A DNA stretch of 59,042 nt, the filler included. It is 5 parts of 5 records of this genome, joined end to end, with 100 filler letters (N's around TTAATTAATTAA, not from the genome) between each part and the next. Parts side by side here need not be neighbours in the genome. Positions count along the whole stretch, not along the records: positions 1 to 21,359 come from SRR31147125_233; 4 more parts are not named here. One strand, 5' to 3'. The position numbers and the translations under genes were made by a program. The stretch's first letter is position 1; each line of letters opens with the position of its first letter. Positions 1-15,273 of the stretch are shown piece by piece. The notes beneath the pieces are model-generated. The model did not search any database and had not been told where the DNA came from. It was given only the letters and a program-made list of their open reading frames with translations.

Positions 1-76
1 TTTTATAATATCACTGTGCTAACCGTTCAAACGTTATAATTTATTATGGAAGGACCAACCCGGTTTTGTTCTTTTA

Positions 77-122
77 AATGAGACGTAAAAAGAAATAAAG
101 ATTTTTCTTTTTGCGTCTCATT
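77..122 (-). terminator. Intrinsic terminator-like hairpin downstream of the GH2 beta-galactosidase
   Basis: Inverted repeat aatgagacgtaaaaagaaa / tttctttttgcgtctcatt, about 70 nt after the stop of 192..3395(-). Confidence 0.6.
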
Positions 123-191
123 AATGGTGCAAGTTCCACATAATCAGCTTGCTAAACAGAACATGTTAAACAAACGGATAAATTTATATTT

Positions 192-4855
<4,664 letters not shown>

Positions 4856-4915
4856 GGTAATCCTCTATCCTGACTTTCGTCATTTGAATAGTATTTAAAT
4901 TTATCCCAGTTGTCG

Positions 4916-6355
4916 CTATTTATAATCCTTACCTTCATCGCTATGCTTGCATGAATCAATCCATAATTCAAGTTTTTGTGTCATCCTTTGGACAAGCTCT
5001 GATTTTTCACCTGCAAGATCCGTTGTCTCTGATGGATCGTCTATGAGATCATAGAGTTCGTAGGTTTGCCCGTTATCCATACTGATAATTTTATAGCGAT
5101 GGTCAGTTAAACATCTCATCTTATTAAATTGAAATCCGATTGGCCGGGGACGTTCTGTCATCTTGCCATCTATTAATGGTAAAAGACTGATCCCATCAAT
5201 GGGTTGCGGCTGTTCCGGGACGTTAATTCCCAAAACATCGAGTACAGTGGGATAGTAATCGCTGCTACAGCACGACATCTTTGCGACTCGCGGTTCTTTA
5301 ATTTTTTCCGGCCAAACCAACATGCCAGGAACACGAATCCCTCCTTCATATAAACTGCCCTTTCTACCGCGAAAAGGTCCGGCAGAGCCCTGTTGACGCC
5401 CTCCTGGTTTCTGTATCCCACCACCTCCTTTACCAGCCGGACCGTTATCTGAAGCAAACCACAACATGGTGTTTTGCTCGATACCCATTTTTTTCAATTC
5501 CTGCCTCAACCGCCCCATTTGCTCATCCAAAGCTGTAATACAGCCAAAATAATGTTGTTTACTCTCACCCTGATCCGCATACATAGCCCTGTATGTGGGT
5601 CCTGCCACAACAGGAATATGCGGTGCATGAAACCAGATCACAGCCAGAAAAGGTTTTTCATTTTTTACGGCTGTTTGAATAAACGGAATAGCTTTATCCA
5701 TTATAATTCGGGAATCATCACCCTTTAATTCTTTTTGAATATTTTGTCCATTATGCCAGTACAGGGCACGAGTATCATAATCCATCTTTTTGCTCAAATG
5801 CGTATTGGCCGGATCATAAGGATCCCATGTGGCCACGGCAAATTCGGTGCTGAACCATTCATCAAATCCATTTACATCAGGTGGTGAATAATTATTTTCC
5901 GGTTCCCGCTTATCCCCTTTTCCGGAATAGTTTTTATCCAAAGTGCCCAGATGCCATTTGCCAAAATGACCGTTGGTATAACCCCGAGTTTTTAAGACTT
6001 CTGCTAGCGTTATTTCTTCCTTTTTCAAGTGACCTTTATTAGCGCCATATATGCCATAACGGAACGGATTACGTCCTGTCAGGCAGCTTCCACGAGTGGG
6101 ACTACAAACCGGCGCGGCCGCATAAAAACGATCAAATCGGATGCCTTCCCGGCTCATTTCATCCAGATTGGGTGTTTTAAGCACAGGATGGCCATTATAG
6201 CCCGTATCCCCCCAACCCAAATCATCGGCCATACACAGAATAATATTCGGTTTTTTATTTGTTGTTTTTGGAAAGTTTGAGCAGGAGGTATTTAACGCTG
6301 CGAATGCAATTCCCACTGTTTTCAAAAAAGAGCGACGATCAATAAAATGATTCAA
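4916..6355 (-). CDS. Cys-type sulfatase (N-acetylgalactosamine-6-sulfatase/arylsulfatase A-like), Tat signal
   Basis: DRRSFLK leader; PNIILCMADDLG; CSPTRGS; GKWHLG; SDNG; RGRKGSLYEGGIRVP. Confidence 0.93.
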   Translation of the reverse strand: MNHFIDRRSFLKTVGIAFAALNTSCSNFPKTTNKKPNIILCMADDLGWGDTGYNGHPVLKTPNLDEMSREGIRFDRFYAAAPVCSPTRGSCLTGRNPFRYGIYGANKGHLKKEEITLAEVLKTRGYTNGHFGKWHLGTLDKNYSGKGDKREPENNYSPPDVNGFDEWFSTEFAVATWDPYDPANTHLSKKMDYDTRALYWHNGQNIQKELKGDDSRIIMDKAIPFIQTAVKNEKPFLAVIWFHAPHIPVVAGPTYRAMYADQGESKQHYFGCITALDEQMGRLRQELKKMGIEQNTMLWFASDNGPAGKGGGGIQKPGGRQQGSAGPFRGRKGSLYEGGIRVPGMLVWPEKIKEPRVAKMSCCSSDYYPTVLDVLGINVPEQPQPIDGISLLPLIDGKMTERPRPIGFQFNKMRCLTDHRYKIISMDNGQTYELYDLIDDPSETTDLAGEKSELVQRMTQKLELWIDSCKHSDEGKDYK

Positions 6356-6697
6356 AAGGCATTTTCCTTTATCAAAATTTTATGGGAAAAATCAAAAAAG
6401 AATCGGTAAAACAATGAAAGGTGCCATTTTGATGCAAGTTTATAACTGACAGAATTGAGATATATCTTATGAATGTACAAAAATGTACTATTAATTCAAG
6501 ATAAAAATTCCATAAAATGTTGTTCTTTTATATTTAAATAATTGGTTCCGGTATACATATTATTCAATTATTATGAAACGTATAATACAATTAGCATTGA
6601 TTTTCTGGTCCAATATTAATACCATATAAGATAAATAATATTCATCCCCCCGACGATATCGTACTGCCTATATGCAAAGATCATTCGATTCAAACAT

Positions 6698-6789
6698 TCT
6701 GGTTGTTCCCGCACTAAAGCCGTAAAGGGAACCAACGACCGAATATCCTGTTTTTTATATCAGACGACCGGGACAGGATGCAACAATAA
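6698..6789 (+). pseudogene. Short relic of a sulfatase N-terminus
   Basis: 6733-6789 reads QRPNILFFISDDRDRMQQ*, the classic sulfatase start motif. It is preceded in another frame by SGCSRTKAVKG. No start or continuation. Confidence 0.45.
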
Positions 6790-6885
6790 CAAGTGAACTT
6801 TTAGATGACTTTTATAAAGTAGTATTTGAAAGAACCAACAGATCTTTGATCAAGCAAAAATTATCAGATCAATCTGGAGGATTCA

Positions 6886-8856
6886 ATGAGTCGAAAATTC
6901 CCTGGGCCAATTACATTTCTATGTGCTCTGTCACTTTTAATAATATCGTGCGGAAATTCAAATCAATCAAAGCATGACTATCCCATTCAGCGGATAACAT
7001 TTGAAAATGTTAAAATAAAAAGCAATTTTTGGTCACCCCGTCTTGAAATGTTGGGGGATGTTTCAATTCCACATGGATTTGAGATGTTGGAGAATCACGG
7101 GACATTTGACAATTTTCGCAAGGCTGCCGGACTTATAGATCGAGAAATTGTTCATCAGGGGCATCGAACCACAGATTCTGATCTTTATAAAATGATTGAA
7201 GCAACCTCCAATTCGCTGGCGATTTTTTCGAATCCTTCACTTGAATCGAAAATAGACTCGCTTATCTTACTTGTCCAAATGGCGCAGGAAGATAACGGTT
7301 ATATTCACACCGGACGATATATTCAATTCGCCGGCAAGCATCACAAAGAACGGTTGGGTAAAGAACCGTTGACACACCCTATGAGCGAAGAATTGTACGT
7401 GCTGGGACATTTGTACGAGTCGGCTGTAGCGCATTACCAGGCAACCGGAAAGAAAAATCTGCTAAATGTCGCTCTCCGTAATGCGGATTTTGTTTATGAG
7501 AAATTATATAACAAAGAAGATCCATATATTCCTAATCACGAGGAAATTGAGCTCGCCTTGGCAAAGCTATATCGCCTTGCAGGAGATCAAAGATATCTCG
7601 ATCTTTCAAAATATTTCCTCGATAATCGTGGAAGCAAAAGAGAACTGGAGATCGCAGCAGAATATCAAATTAATCCAAAACAAAGGCAGAATCATTTGCC
7701 TGTTACACAACAAACCAAAGCTGTGGGACATTGCGTCCGAGCTACTTATTTATATTCCGCTATGTCCGAAGTTGATGCGCTTTTAAATCGCACGGATTAC
7801 AAGAACGCATTGAATCATATTTGGCAGGATATCGTAAATAGAAAGTTATACATAACCGGTGGTATTGGAGTGCAGGATTGTCCCGATGGACTTTCAGAGT
7901 CATTCCATAATTCCTATCATTTGCCTAACGAAGGTGCATACTGTGAATCCTGCGCCTCCGTTGGATTAGCCATGTGGGCCTATCGAATGTTTTTATCCAG
8001 TGGTGATGCTCAATTTCTGGATGTATTTGAACGGGTCCTCTATAATGGCGTTCTGCCAGGTATTTCACTGACGGGTGACCGGTTTTTTTATCAAAATAAA
8101 CTTTACAGTCCTGGAAGAGAACGGTTTGACTGGACCGGTACATTCTGCTGCCCGCCAAATATCATGAGATTCCTGGGTAAAATCGGCAATTATGTTTATG
8201 CCGTTAAAGATGATGAACTGTTCATCAACATGTTTGTTGGAAGCAGTGCTCCTGTAAAAACAAAGCAATCCACCGTTCAGGTGGAGCAAACAACAGACTA
8301 TCCCTGGAATGGCCATATCAAAATAAAGTTAAATCCCCAAAAACCGGCACAATTTGCTGTGCACATTCGGATTCCATCATGGGTTCAGGCAATACCTGTT
8401 CCGGGAGATCTGTATGAATATCAGAATAAAGATCAAAAAAACATAGAATTAAAAATAAATGGTAAAACCGAATCAATTACAATTGAAAAGGGATTTGTGA
8501 CATTAAAAAGGCAGTGGAAACCAGGAGATGAAATTGACCTTGTTTTGCCAATGACAGTTAAAAAAGTTGTATCAAATACTGAAATTGACGAAAATCGTGG
8601 TAAAATGGCCATCGAACGAGGGCCTCTGGTTTATTGTGCCGAGGGCATCGATAATAAAACCCGGATTTCTTCTCTGAAAATATCAGAAAATGTCAAATTC
8701 CAGGCTGAGTATAAAAAAGACCTTTTGGGTGGAATTGTCGCCATTTCAGCGACCAAAAATGGTACCAGTGCCGGGATCGTACACTTTGTTCCGTATTTTA
8801 CCTGGGCGAACAGAGGATCAGCAGAAATGTCGGTATGGTTGAATACGAATCATTAG
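6886..8856 (+). CDS. GH127 beta-L-arabinofuranosidase-like lipoprotein
   Basis: Lipobox IISC; DSDLYKMIEA, ELYVLGHLYESAVA, GHCVRATY, YITGGIG, AYCESCASVG and CCPPN (Zn-binding Cys/Glu); GGAGG RBS. Confidence 0.92.
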   Translation: MSRKFPGPITFLCALSLLIISCGNSNQSKHDYPIQRITFENVKIKSNFWSPRLEMLGDVSIPHGFEMLENHGTFDNFRKAAGLIDREIVHQGHRTTDSDLYKMIEATSNSLAIFSNPSLESKIDSLILLVQMAQEDNGYIHTGRYIQFAGKHHKERLGKEPLTHPMSEELYVLGHLYESAVAHYQATGKKNLLNVALRNADFVYEKLYNKEDPYIPNHEEIELALAKLYRLAGDQRYLDLSKYFLDNRGSKRELEIAAEYQINPKQRQNHLPVTQQTKAVGHCVRATYLYSAMSEVDALLNRTDYKNALNHIWQDIVNRKLYITGGIGVQDCPDGLSESFHNSYHLPNEGAYCESCASVGLAMWAYRMFLSSGDAQFLDVFERVLYNGVLPGISLTGDRFFYQNKLYSPGRERFDWTGTFCCPPNIMRFLGKIGNYVYAVKDDELFINMFVGSSAPVKTKQSTVQVEQTTDYPWNGHIKIKLNPQKPAQFAVHIRIPSWVQAIPVPGDLYEYQNKDQKNIELKINGKTESITIEKGFVTLKRQWKPGDEIDLVLPMTVKKVVSNTEIDENRGKMAIERGPLVYCAEGIDNKTRISSLKISENVKFQAEYKKDLLGGIVAISATKNGTSAGIVHFVPYFTWANRGSAEMSVWLNTNH

Positions 8857-8859
8857 AAG

Positions 8860-9534
8860 CTAATTTAACTGGATCAGGCCAAAATAGATTAATTGTGAAA
8901 TATAAACATGTTTGGCCAGTGTGGATTTTATATTTTCAGATATAATCCGCCCACTCAAACCTAAAGAAAAGATAAAACCCAAAATAAACCAGGATACATA
9001 ATTGGAGAATGGAATACGACTTCCAGTCCAGGACCAGTAACCAATTTTCGTTGCTGCCTGTTCCATAATAATATCAAAAAGAAGCATAAGAAATGCAGCA
9101 CCCAGGGCTATTAAAAATGGATAATTTCCTTTCTTTGACTGCCCTGTTTTCTGTAACAGATTAAAAGAAATAATAATCGATGATAAACAAATCATCACCC
9201 ACGCAAAACCAATGGCAATTGGGACATGGCCTATTTGTGGTTGCAGTATATTGTGATAAGTGTAATTGCCAAATGGAAAGCCAAAATGAATACCACTATA
9301 TTCAACAATCCAGCCAGATAAAAATACCACAAGACACCACATTAAAAATCGATATCGGTTTTGAGTAAAACGAAATACATCACACATCAATAGTATAGAA
9401 ACAGCTATCATTAAAGGCGAGGCTAATATCCGCATTAGGAATTGAAAAACACCTAAAAGATGCCATAATCCACCAAAGACAAACAGAATATAAAGAGGAA
9501 CAATCACATTCTTTTCATTTTTTAGCAATATCAT
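8860..9534 (-). CDS. cruF: Carotenoid 1,2-hydratase, CruF/DUF422 family
   Basis: Multi-TM protein with GWIVEYSGIHFGFPFGNYTY, VPIAIGFAW, FDIIMEQAA and GYWSW...IPFSNYVSWF; last gene of the crt operon. Confidence 0.85.
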   Translation of the reverse strand: MILLKNEKNVIVPLYILFVFGGLWHLLGVFQFLMRILASPLMIAVSILLMCDVFRFTQNRYRFLMWCLVVFLSGWIVEYSGIHFGFPFGNYTYHNILQPQIGHVPIAIGFAWVMICLSSIIISFNLLQKTGQSKKGNYPFLIALGAAFLMLLFDIIMEQAATKIGYWSWTGSRIPFSNYVSWFILGFIFSLGLSGRIISENIKSTLAKHVYISQLIYFGLIQLN

Positions 9535-9546
9535 AGCGCAGCCATT

Positions 9547-10665
9547 TTAATTTTGAGAATGTTGAAATATTTCTCTTCCTTTCCACTTTAAAGTGCCTGT
9601 TCTGAAGACGTGAAACGAATTTATACCGATTAAAAGAGTTAAAAAAATCGCAACCGGATGTAATAGAATTGAAATAAAAGGATCTTTAAATGTGATACTC
9701 GCCAGGGTGCGTATCAACACATTCAATATTAAGGCTATTGCAGCATACACTGCTATAGATGGAATCCAAACAAGAACATAGGGCAGGATGTAACAAATAA
9801 ACATAAAACAGAGAAGCATCACAAAAGGAACGGTTTTGAATCCCATGAGGCCAAAAAGATTTTTGGAAAAACCATTCCACAATTCACTCCAGTTTCTGTA
9901 CATTCTCCCATAAACAACTCCTTTACCCGATGTTGTCAGGATTTTCATCTTTTTCTTTTTGGCTAGTCGGGCTAATTCCGTATCCTCCACAATATGGTGT
10001 TTAACGGATTTATGACCACCTAATCTATTATAAGCCTTTTTTGTAAAAACAATCCACTGGCCATTAGCTGCCGCAATGGAGGGAAATGGTGTATAATAAG
10101 TCAGCCACATGGGTAGATAACAATAAACCGTCATATAAACCGAAGAGACAACCAGCTTCTCAGCAAGTGTTTTCGTAATTTGCTGTGGAAAAGCCGATAT
10201 CATATCCAGATTCAGATGCTGCATCCATCCGATCGTCCTTGTAATGGCATGTGGCTCATATCGATTATCCGCATCCGTAAAAAGCAGGATATCTCCTTTC
10301 GCATAGGCAGAAAGCTGATAACATGCCCAGTTTTTACCGGTCCACCCATCAGGCAAGTGTTCCCCATCATACAAAGAAATCCTGGAATCCTTGTTCATCA
10401 TGTCCTGAATGTTTATTTTCGACGCATCAGTGGACCCATCATTAAGAACGATAATTTCAAAAAAAGGATAGTCCTGATGCAAAAGACTCTCTAGACATAA
10501 AGGAATATTATATTCTTCATTACGTACCGGTATCAAAACAGATACCAGGGGATAGTCTTTGGGATTTGGTCCGTTTTTAATAAATGGTGCTGAGATCGCG
10601 TTTATAAGAGTTATGATTAGGACAACAGCTAAAAAGGCGTTGATGACCATAAGAAAAAAGAACAA
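9547..10665 (-). CDS. GT2 glycosyltransferase (carotenoid glycosyltransferase, CruC/CrtQ-like)
   Basis: VSVLIPVRNEE, DGSTD, PDGWTGKNWAC, FTDAD, ANGQ, IVEDTELAR, RMY; N- and C-terminal TM helices; AGGAG RBS before TTG. Confidence 0.88.
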   Translation of the reverse strand: MFFFLMVINAFLAVVLIITLINAISAPFIKNGPNPKDYPLVSVLIPVRNEEYNIPLCLESLLHQDYPFFEIIVLNDGSTDASKINIQDMMNKDSRISLYDGEHLPDGWTGKNWACYQLSAYAKGDILLFTDADNRYEPHAITRTIGWMQHLNLDMISAFPQQITKTLAEKLVVSSVYMTVYCYLPMWLTYYTPFPSIAAANGQWIVFTKKAYNRLGGHKSVKHHIVEDTELARLAKKKKMKILTTSGKGVVYGRMYRNWSELWNGFSKNLFGLMGFKTVPFVMLLCFMFICYILPYVLVWIPSIAVYAAIALILNVLIRTLASITFKDPFISILLHPVAIFLTLLIGINSFHVFRTGTLKWKGREIFQHSQN

Positions 10666-10686
10666 TAGTTTTCTCCTAACCTAGTA

Positions 10687-11385
10687 TCATCTTTTTTTGC
10701 GATTGTTAATGGATGCTTTACCCTGAAAAATGGTTTGGCCTCTGTCCCCATCAAGTACATCCTGTTTCAATTGTTGCAGGAAAAAGGAGAAATCCGTTTC
10801 AAGAGTTGCAATGAAGTCACTATTCTGATTTCCAGAGATCGGATAAGGTAATAATTTAAGAAAAACCTCTGGCCGTTGTTCGTTCAAATAAAAAATCTCC
10901 ATTCCGAGAAAGCATACACTTACCGGTATTGTTATTCTATGTAAAATAAAACCAATTCCATTTTTAAATGTCACAGAATTTTCATTAAATGGTGTCAATT
11001 CTCCTTGCGGAAAAAAACACACATATTTTGGTGGATCTTGTTGATGAATCACTTTATTGGTATAGTCAAGAGATTTTTTTAACCCTGTAAACGAGTGTGG
11101 ATCGATTGAAAAAGCACCTATGTAACGAAAAAAAGGATTTTGTGCTAATTGTTCCTCCAGCATCATGATGTAACCGGTCCGTTGAAAGAGCTTTTTATTT
11201 AACATATAAACAAAAAAGCCATCCCACCATGAGTTGTGATTCGGCAATAATATAAGGGGCTTTTGAGGAGAAAAATCAGGTATGTCCCCCAATACATGAA
11301 TAGCATAAAAATGCTTTTTAAGCAGTTGATTTAGATACCAATAAAAAATCCAGTCCGCCCACTTTTTATGCTTTGCGTAAATCAT
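10687..11385 (-). CDS. PlsC-like acyltransferase (carotenoid glycoside acyltransferase, CruD-like)
   Basis: NHNSWWDG (HxxxxD) and FFPQGEL motifs; ATGA overlap with crtB. Confidence 0.85.
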   Translation of the reverse strand: MIYAKHKKWADWIFYWYLNQLLKKHFYAIHVLGDIPDFSPQKPLILLPNHNSWWDGFFVYMLNKKLFQRTGYIMMLEEQLAQNPFFRYIGAFSIDPHSFTGLKKSLDYTNKVIHQQDPPKYVCFFPQGELTPFNENSVTFKNGIGFILHRITIPVSVCFLGMEIFYLNEQRPEVFLKLLPYPISGNQNSDFIATLETDFSFFLQQLKQDVLDGDRGQTIFQGKASINNRKKR

Positions 11386-12263
11386 TTTTTGTGATTGAAC
11401 AGCAGGTTTAATTTTACATATTCAGATAATATAATACGCATTTTTTGAGCTTGAGATACATAAACTCTGCCTAAAAACGGATTATAATCTCTTTGCTTAA
11501 TTTCATCCAAAATCCCGCGGTAAATACGACTGGCAGCGAGAATGGCAAAGCGGGAATCCTTACTGAGCATCTCAATACCAGGCTTTGCCTCCTCATAATA
11601 TTGATGCGCCCGATCTGCAGAAAAGACCATCAGTTTTTTCAGGCAGGGAGTGAACTTTTCATGTAGAATCTCGTGTTCACTCACATTAAATTCATGTAGT
11701 TCCTGCAAAGGTAAATAAATTCTGCTGTTCTCTTTATCCTCCTTGATATCCCTCAAAATATTGGTCAGTTGCATGGCAATTCCCAGTTTCACTGCATATT
11801 CAAAAGCATCATCATTTTCATACCCAAGTATAAATGTCATCATCACTCCAACTACACCGGCGACACGATAGCAAAACTGATATAATTCATCAAAGCTTTT
11901 ATATCTTTTTTGTTTCACATCCATAGATACACCTGTCAGTAATTCCAGGGGATAAACAAGCGGTATACCATATTCTTTTGCGACGTGGATATACGCCGAA
12001 ATAATGGGATGTTCTGATTCTCCGCTTCGACTTGCGATTTTCAATTCCTCTCTGAAATCCTCAACCTCATTTAATATTTCCACTGACGAGCGGTTTCGCG
12101 GTTTATCTATTAAATTATCTATATAACGGCAAAATCCATAAAGACCATACACAGCCATGCGGGATTTACGCGGCAGTAATTTTGTGGATATGAAAAAACT
12201 TTTCGAATAAAAAGCCGTTAATTCCTTAGAGTAATTCAAAGAAGATTTTATTTTATAATCCAT
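11382..12263 (-). CDS. crtB: Phytoene synthase
   Basis: YSKSFF, LYGFCRYIDNLID, FCYRVAGVVG, LGIAMQLTNILRDIKED, RIYLP. Confidence 0.95.
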   Translation of the reverse strand: MDYKIKSSLNYSKELTAFYSKSFFISTKLLPRKSRMAVYGLYGFCRYIDNLIDKPRNRSSVEILNEVEDFREELKIASRSGESEHPIISAYIHVAKEYGIPLVYPLELLTGVSMDVKQKRYKSFDELYQFCYRVAGVVGVMMTFILGYENDDAFEYAVKLGIAMQLTNILRDIKEDKENSRIYLPLQELHEFNVSEHEILHEKFTPCLKKLMVFSADRAHQYYEEAKPGIEMLSKDSRFAILAASRIYRGILDEIKQRDYNPFLGRVYVSQAQKMRIILSEYVKLNLLFNHKK

Positions 12264-12279
12264 ATTCCAATTCCAAATT

Positions 12280-13761
12280 TCAATTCACATGATTCTGAAT
12301 AATAAGAGATTCGGTTGTTTCAGCTGTTAAAAAGCAACCTGGTAAACCAGCACCGGGATGTGTACTGGCACCAACAAGGTATATATTTTTAATATCGTTG
12401 CAACGATTGTAAGGCCTGAAAAACGCTGTTTGTGATAACCTGGGTTCCACTCCCCAGGCACTGCCATAAGTCGAATTCCTTTTGTTTTTAAAATCAAGTG
12501 GTGTAAAAATATCCAAAACTTCTATATGCTGTCTTAACCCCTCCAGACCAAATTGATTCTCTAAATAATCAATAATCTGGGAAGCAAAGGATTCCCCTCG
12601 TTCCTGCCAATTTATATCCGCTTTCAGGTTAGTAACAGGGATCAGTACATACATGCTTTCTTTATCCTCAGGCGCCATTTCCGGATCGGTTCGTGAGGGA
12701 ACATGCAGATACATAGAAAAATCATCCGGTAAAATGTGACGATCAAAAATATCGGTAATTAATTCTTTGTACCGATGTGATAATATGAGCGTGTGATGTT
12801 TTAATTGTGGATACTTTTTACCTACACCCAAATAAATCAGAAAAGCGCTCATAGAGTAATGCAACCTGTCCAACCTTCGGTTAGTCCATTTTTGTCTCAC
12901 TGAAGAAGGTAAAAGGTCACGATATGTATGAATAAAATCCGCATTTGATACAACAGCATCCGCATTAAATATCTGCTCTTTTACTTTAACACCAACCGCC
13001 CGCTTGTCTTCCACAAGTATTTCAGAGACTTCATGCTCTACCTTGACTGTACCTCCAGCTTCAATGAAACATTTTTCCAATGCTTCAACCAGACTATACA
13101 TACCACCCTTGCTATACCATACACCCCCTTCTTTTTCAAGAAAAGGAATCATTTCATAAACAGAAGGCGCTCTGAATGGATTGCCACCGATAAAGAGCGG
13201 ATGAAAACTAAAAATAAAACGATTACGTTCATCTTTAAAATATTTTTTCGCAAATTGGTAGGTTGGAATAAGCGCATTCAGTTTTAATGCCCTTGGTGCA
13301 AAGGACATTAAACTTTTAATCGAATTAAAAGGCCGTTTCCCCAGGCCGTCACCGATCACGGCATCGTAAATTTGTTTGGATGCTTTCATGAAAGCGTCAT
13401 ACCGGGCAGCATCCTTTTTATTAAAAGATCCAATCTGTTCTTTCATTTTTTCCGTATCATCTGAATAATCCAAAAAAGAAGAATCATGAAAATAGACTCT
13501 GTAAAACGGATCCAGTTTCACCATCTCCAGATCCTGAAACAGATCATTTCCCACAGTTTTAAACACATCCTGTATGATGTCCGGTGCTGTAATCAGGGAT
13601 GGTCCCATATCAAACCTGTATCCGGAACGTTCAAGAGGATAAGCGTGCCCGCCCACCTTGCTGTTTTTCTCAAAAATCGTAACATGAAATCCTCTTGCCT
13701 GTAACCGAACGGCCAACGCCAGGCCACCAAATCCGGAACCTATTATCGCGATCTTTTTCAT
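12280..13761 (-). CDS. crtI: Phytoene desaturase
   Basis: IIGSGFGGLA FAD motif; FDMGPSLIT; FSFHPLFIGGNPF; DDFSMYLHVP; YLVGASTHPGAGLPG. Confidence 0.92.
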   Translation of the reverse strand: MKKIAIIGSGFGGLALAVRLQARGFHVTIFEKNSKVGGHAYPLERSGYRFDMGPSLITAPDIIQDVFKTVGNDLFQDLEMVKLDPFYRVYFHDSSFLDYSDDTEKMKEQIGSFNKKDAARYDAFMKASKQIYDAVIGDGLGKRPFNSIKSLMSFAPRALKLNALIPTYQFAKKYFKDERNRFIFSFHPLFIGGNPFRAPSVYEMIPFLEKEGGVWYSKGGMYSLVEALEKCFIEAGGTVKVEHEVSEILVEDKRAVGVKVKEQIFNADAVVSNADFIHTYRDLLPSSVRQKWTNRRLDRLHYSMSAFLIYLGVGKKYPQLKHHTLILSHRYKELITDIFDRHILPDDFSMYLHVPSRTDPEMAPEDKESMYVLIPVTNLKADINWQERGESFASQIIDYLENQFGLEGLRQHIEVLDIFTPLDFKNKRNSTYGSAWGVEPRLSQTAFFRPYNRCNDIKNIYLVGASTHPGAGLPGCFLTAETTESLIIQNHVN

Positions 13762-13785
13762 ATGAAGTATACCTCTTTTGGGTTG

Positions 13786-15273
13786 TTATGAAACACCATT
13801 CTCATTATCACACACAAGCTCCGCAGCTATTTTACCGGAAAGCAGACACAAAGACACACCGCCACCCGGATGGGAGGATCCACCGGCAAAATATAACCCT
13901 CTCAAGTGCCGGCTGCGATTAGCAGGCCTTTTGAAAGCAGAACTCCTGGTATTCGAAGCAATTCCGTATATACTGCCCCTGTTGCTGCTATATTGTCTAT
14001 TGATATCCACAGGTGTTGTAATTTTTTCAGTTACAATCTTGTTGTCAATATCAATGCCTATCGTTTTTAGCTTTTGCAAAATCTTTCGTCTCATTTTATC
14101 TGTTTCCAGGTCCCATTGCTGTCCATCGACCAAATAGGGCATATTCAATAGTACAAACCAGTTTTCATGACCATCCGGTGCATGTTGTTTGTCTCTTTTA
14201 GAGGTAACAGCAATATATATTGTCGGATCGTCTGGAGCACGCAATTCTTGAAAGATCTGATAGAATTCCGTTTCATAATTTTTTGAAAAGAGAATATTGT
14301 GTTGTTTCAATTGAGAATACTCGCCTTTTACACCCCAATAAAAAACCATTCCCGATATGGACGGCTCAAGTTGATTCATATTCTTTGTTACTTTTGGGAA
14401 ATCCTGCAAAAGATTATTAAAGGTGTAAACAACATCGGAATTACATAACACGACATCAGATTCCATTTTTTCACATTCAACAACAAGCCCTTTTACCTTT
14501 CGACCGTTATGCAGTATCTTTTCAACTGTAACAGGAAAATGAAATTCCACATTCATACTCTCAGCTATTGTCTTCAGAGCGTCAACCAGCTTGTATAAAC
14601 CACCTTTTATATAATAGGCGCCTAATCCAAACTCAACATAAGGAATTATATTAAGGGTTGCCGGGGCTCGAAACGGATCTGAACCATTATAGGTAGGATA
14701 ACGATCAAATAATTGAATCAAACGGGGATCGGAAAAATATTTTGACACGGATTGATGTACAGTGTGAAATGGATCTATGTAATGCATAAACAAAAGCTTA
14801 GTGACATTCTCCCATCTCAACAGTTTTTTAATTTCATGGATCGGTGAAAATACAAAAACATCGGCAGTCTGTTTATAGATTCGTTCGGCATATTTTAGAA
14901 AACGCACATAATTATCACCATCAGGCGAATTAAAAACGTCCATATTCTGCAGCATTGTCTCTAAATGGGAGCTTGCCTCAAATACAGTTGAATCCTCAAA
15001 AAAGTATCGACAAACAGGATTTATTGGTACGAGCTCGATAAAATCAGAGATGTTAAAACCAGCATATTGAAACAATTCTTCAAGAACAAAAGGCATTGTG
15101 ATTAGAGATGGACCTGTATCAAAATAAAAACCATCCTGAACGTATTTATTCATTTTACCGCCAAGGCTCTCATTTTTTTCATACAAGCGCACATGATAGC
15201 CCTTACCCGCTAAACGAATTGCTGCTGAAAGACCACCAATACCACCACCAATGATGTCAACAGATTTTTGCAT
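13786..15273 (-). CDS. crtD: Second CrtI-family desaturase, most like 1-hydroxycarotenoid 3,4-desaturase
   Basis: IIGGGIGGLSAA; FDRYPTYNGSDPFRAPATLN; GHENWFVLLN; RGSIYG; YFAGGSSHPGGGV. These match the CrtD/CrtNb subgroup rather than CrtI. The exact activity is inferred. Confidence 0.75.
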   Translation of the reverse strand: MQKSVDIIGGGIGGLSAAIRLAGKGYHVRLYEKNESLGGKMNKYVQDGFYFDTGPSLITMPFVLEELFQYAGFNISDFIELVPINPVCRYFFEDSTVFEASSHLETMLQNMDVFNSPDGDNYVRFLKYAERIYKQTADVFVFSPIHEIKKLLRWENVTKLLFMHYIDPFHTVHQSVSKYFSDPRLIQLFDRYPTYNGSDPFRAPATLNIIPYVEFGLGAYYIKGGLYKLVDALKTIAESMNVEFHFPVTVEKILHNGRKVKGLVVECEKMESDVVLCNSDVVYTFNNLLQDFPKVTKNMNQLEPSISGMVFYWGVKGEYSQLKQHNILFSKNYETEFYQIFQELRAPDDPTIYIAVTSKRDKQHAPDGHENWFVLLNMPYLVDGQQWDLETDKMRRKILQKLKTIGIDIDNKIVTEKITTPVDINRQYSSNRGSIYGIASNTRSSAFKRPANRSRHLRGLYFAGGSSHPGGGVSLCLLSGKIAAELVCDNENGVS

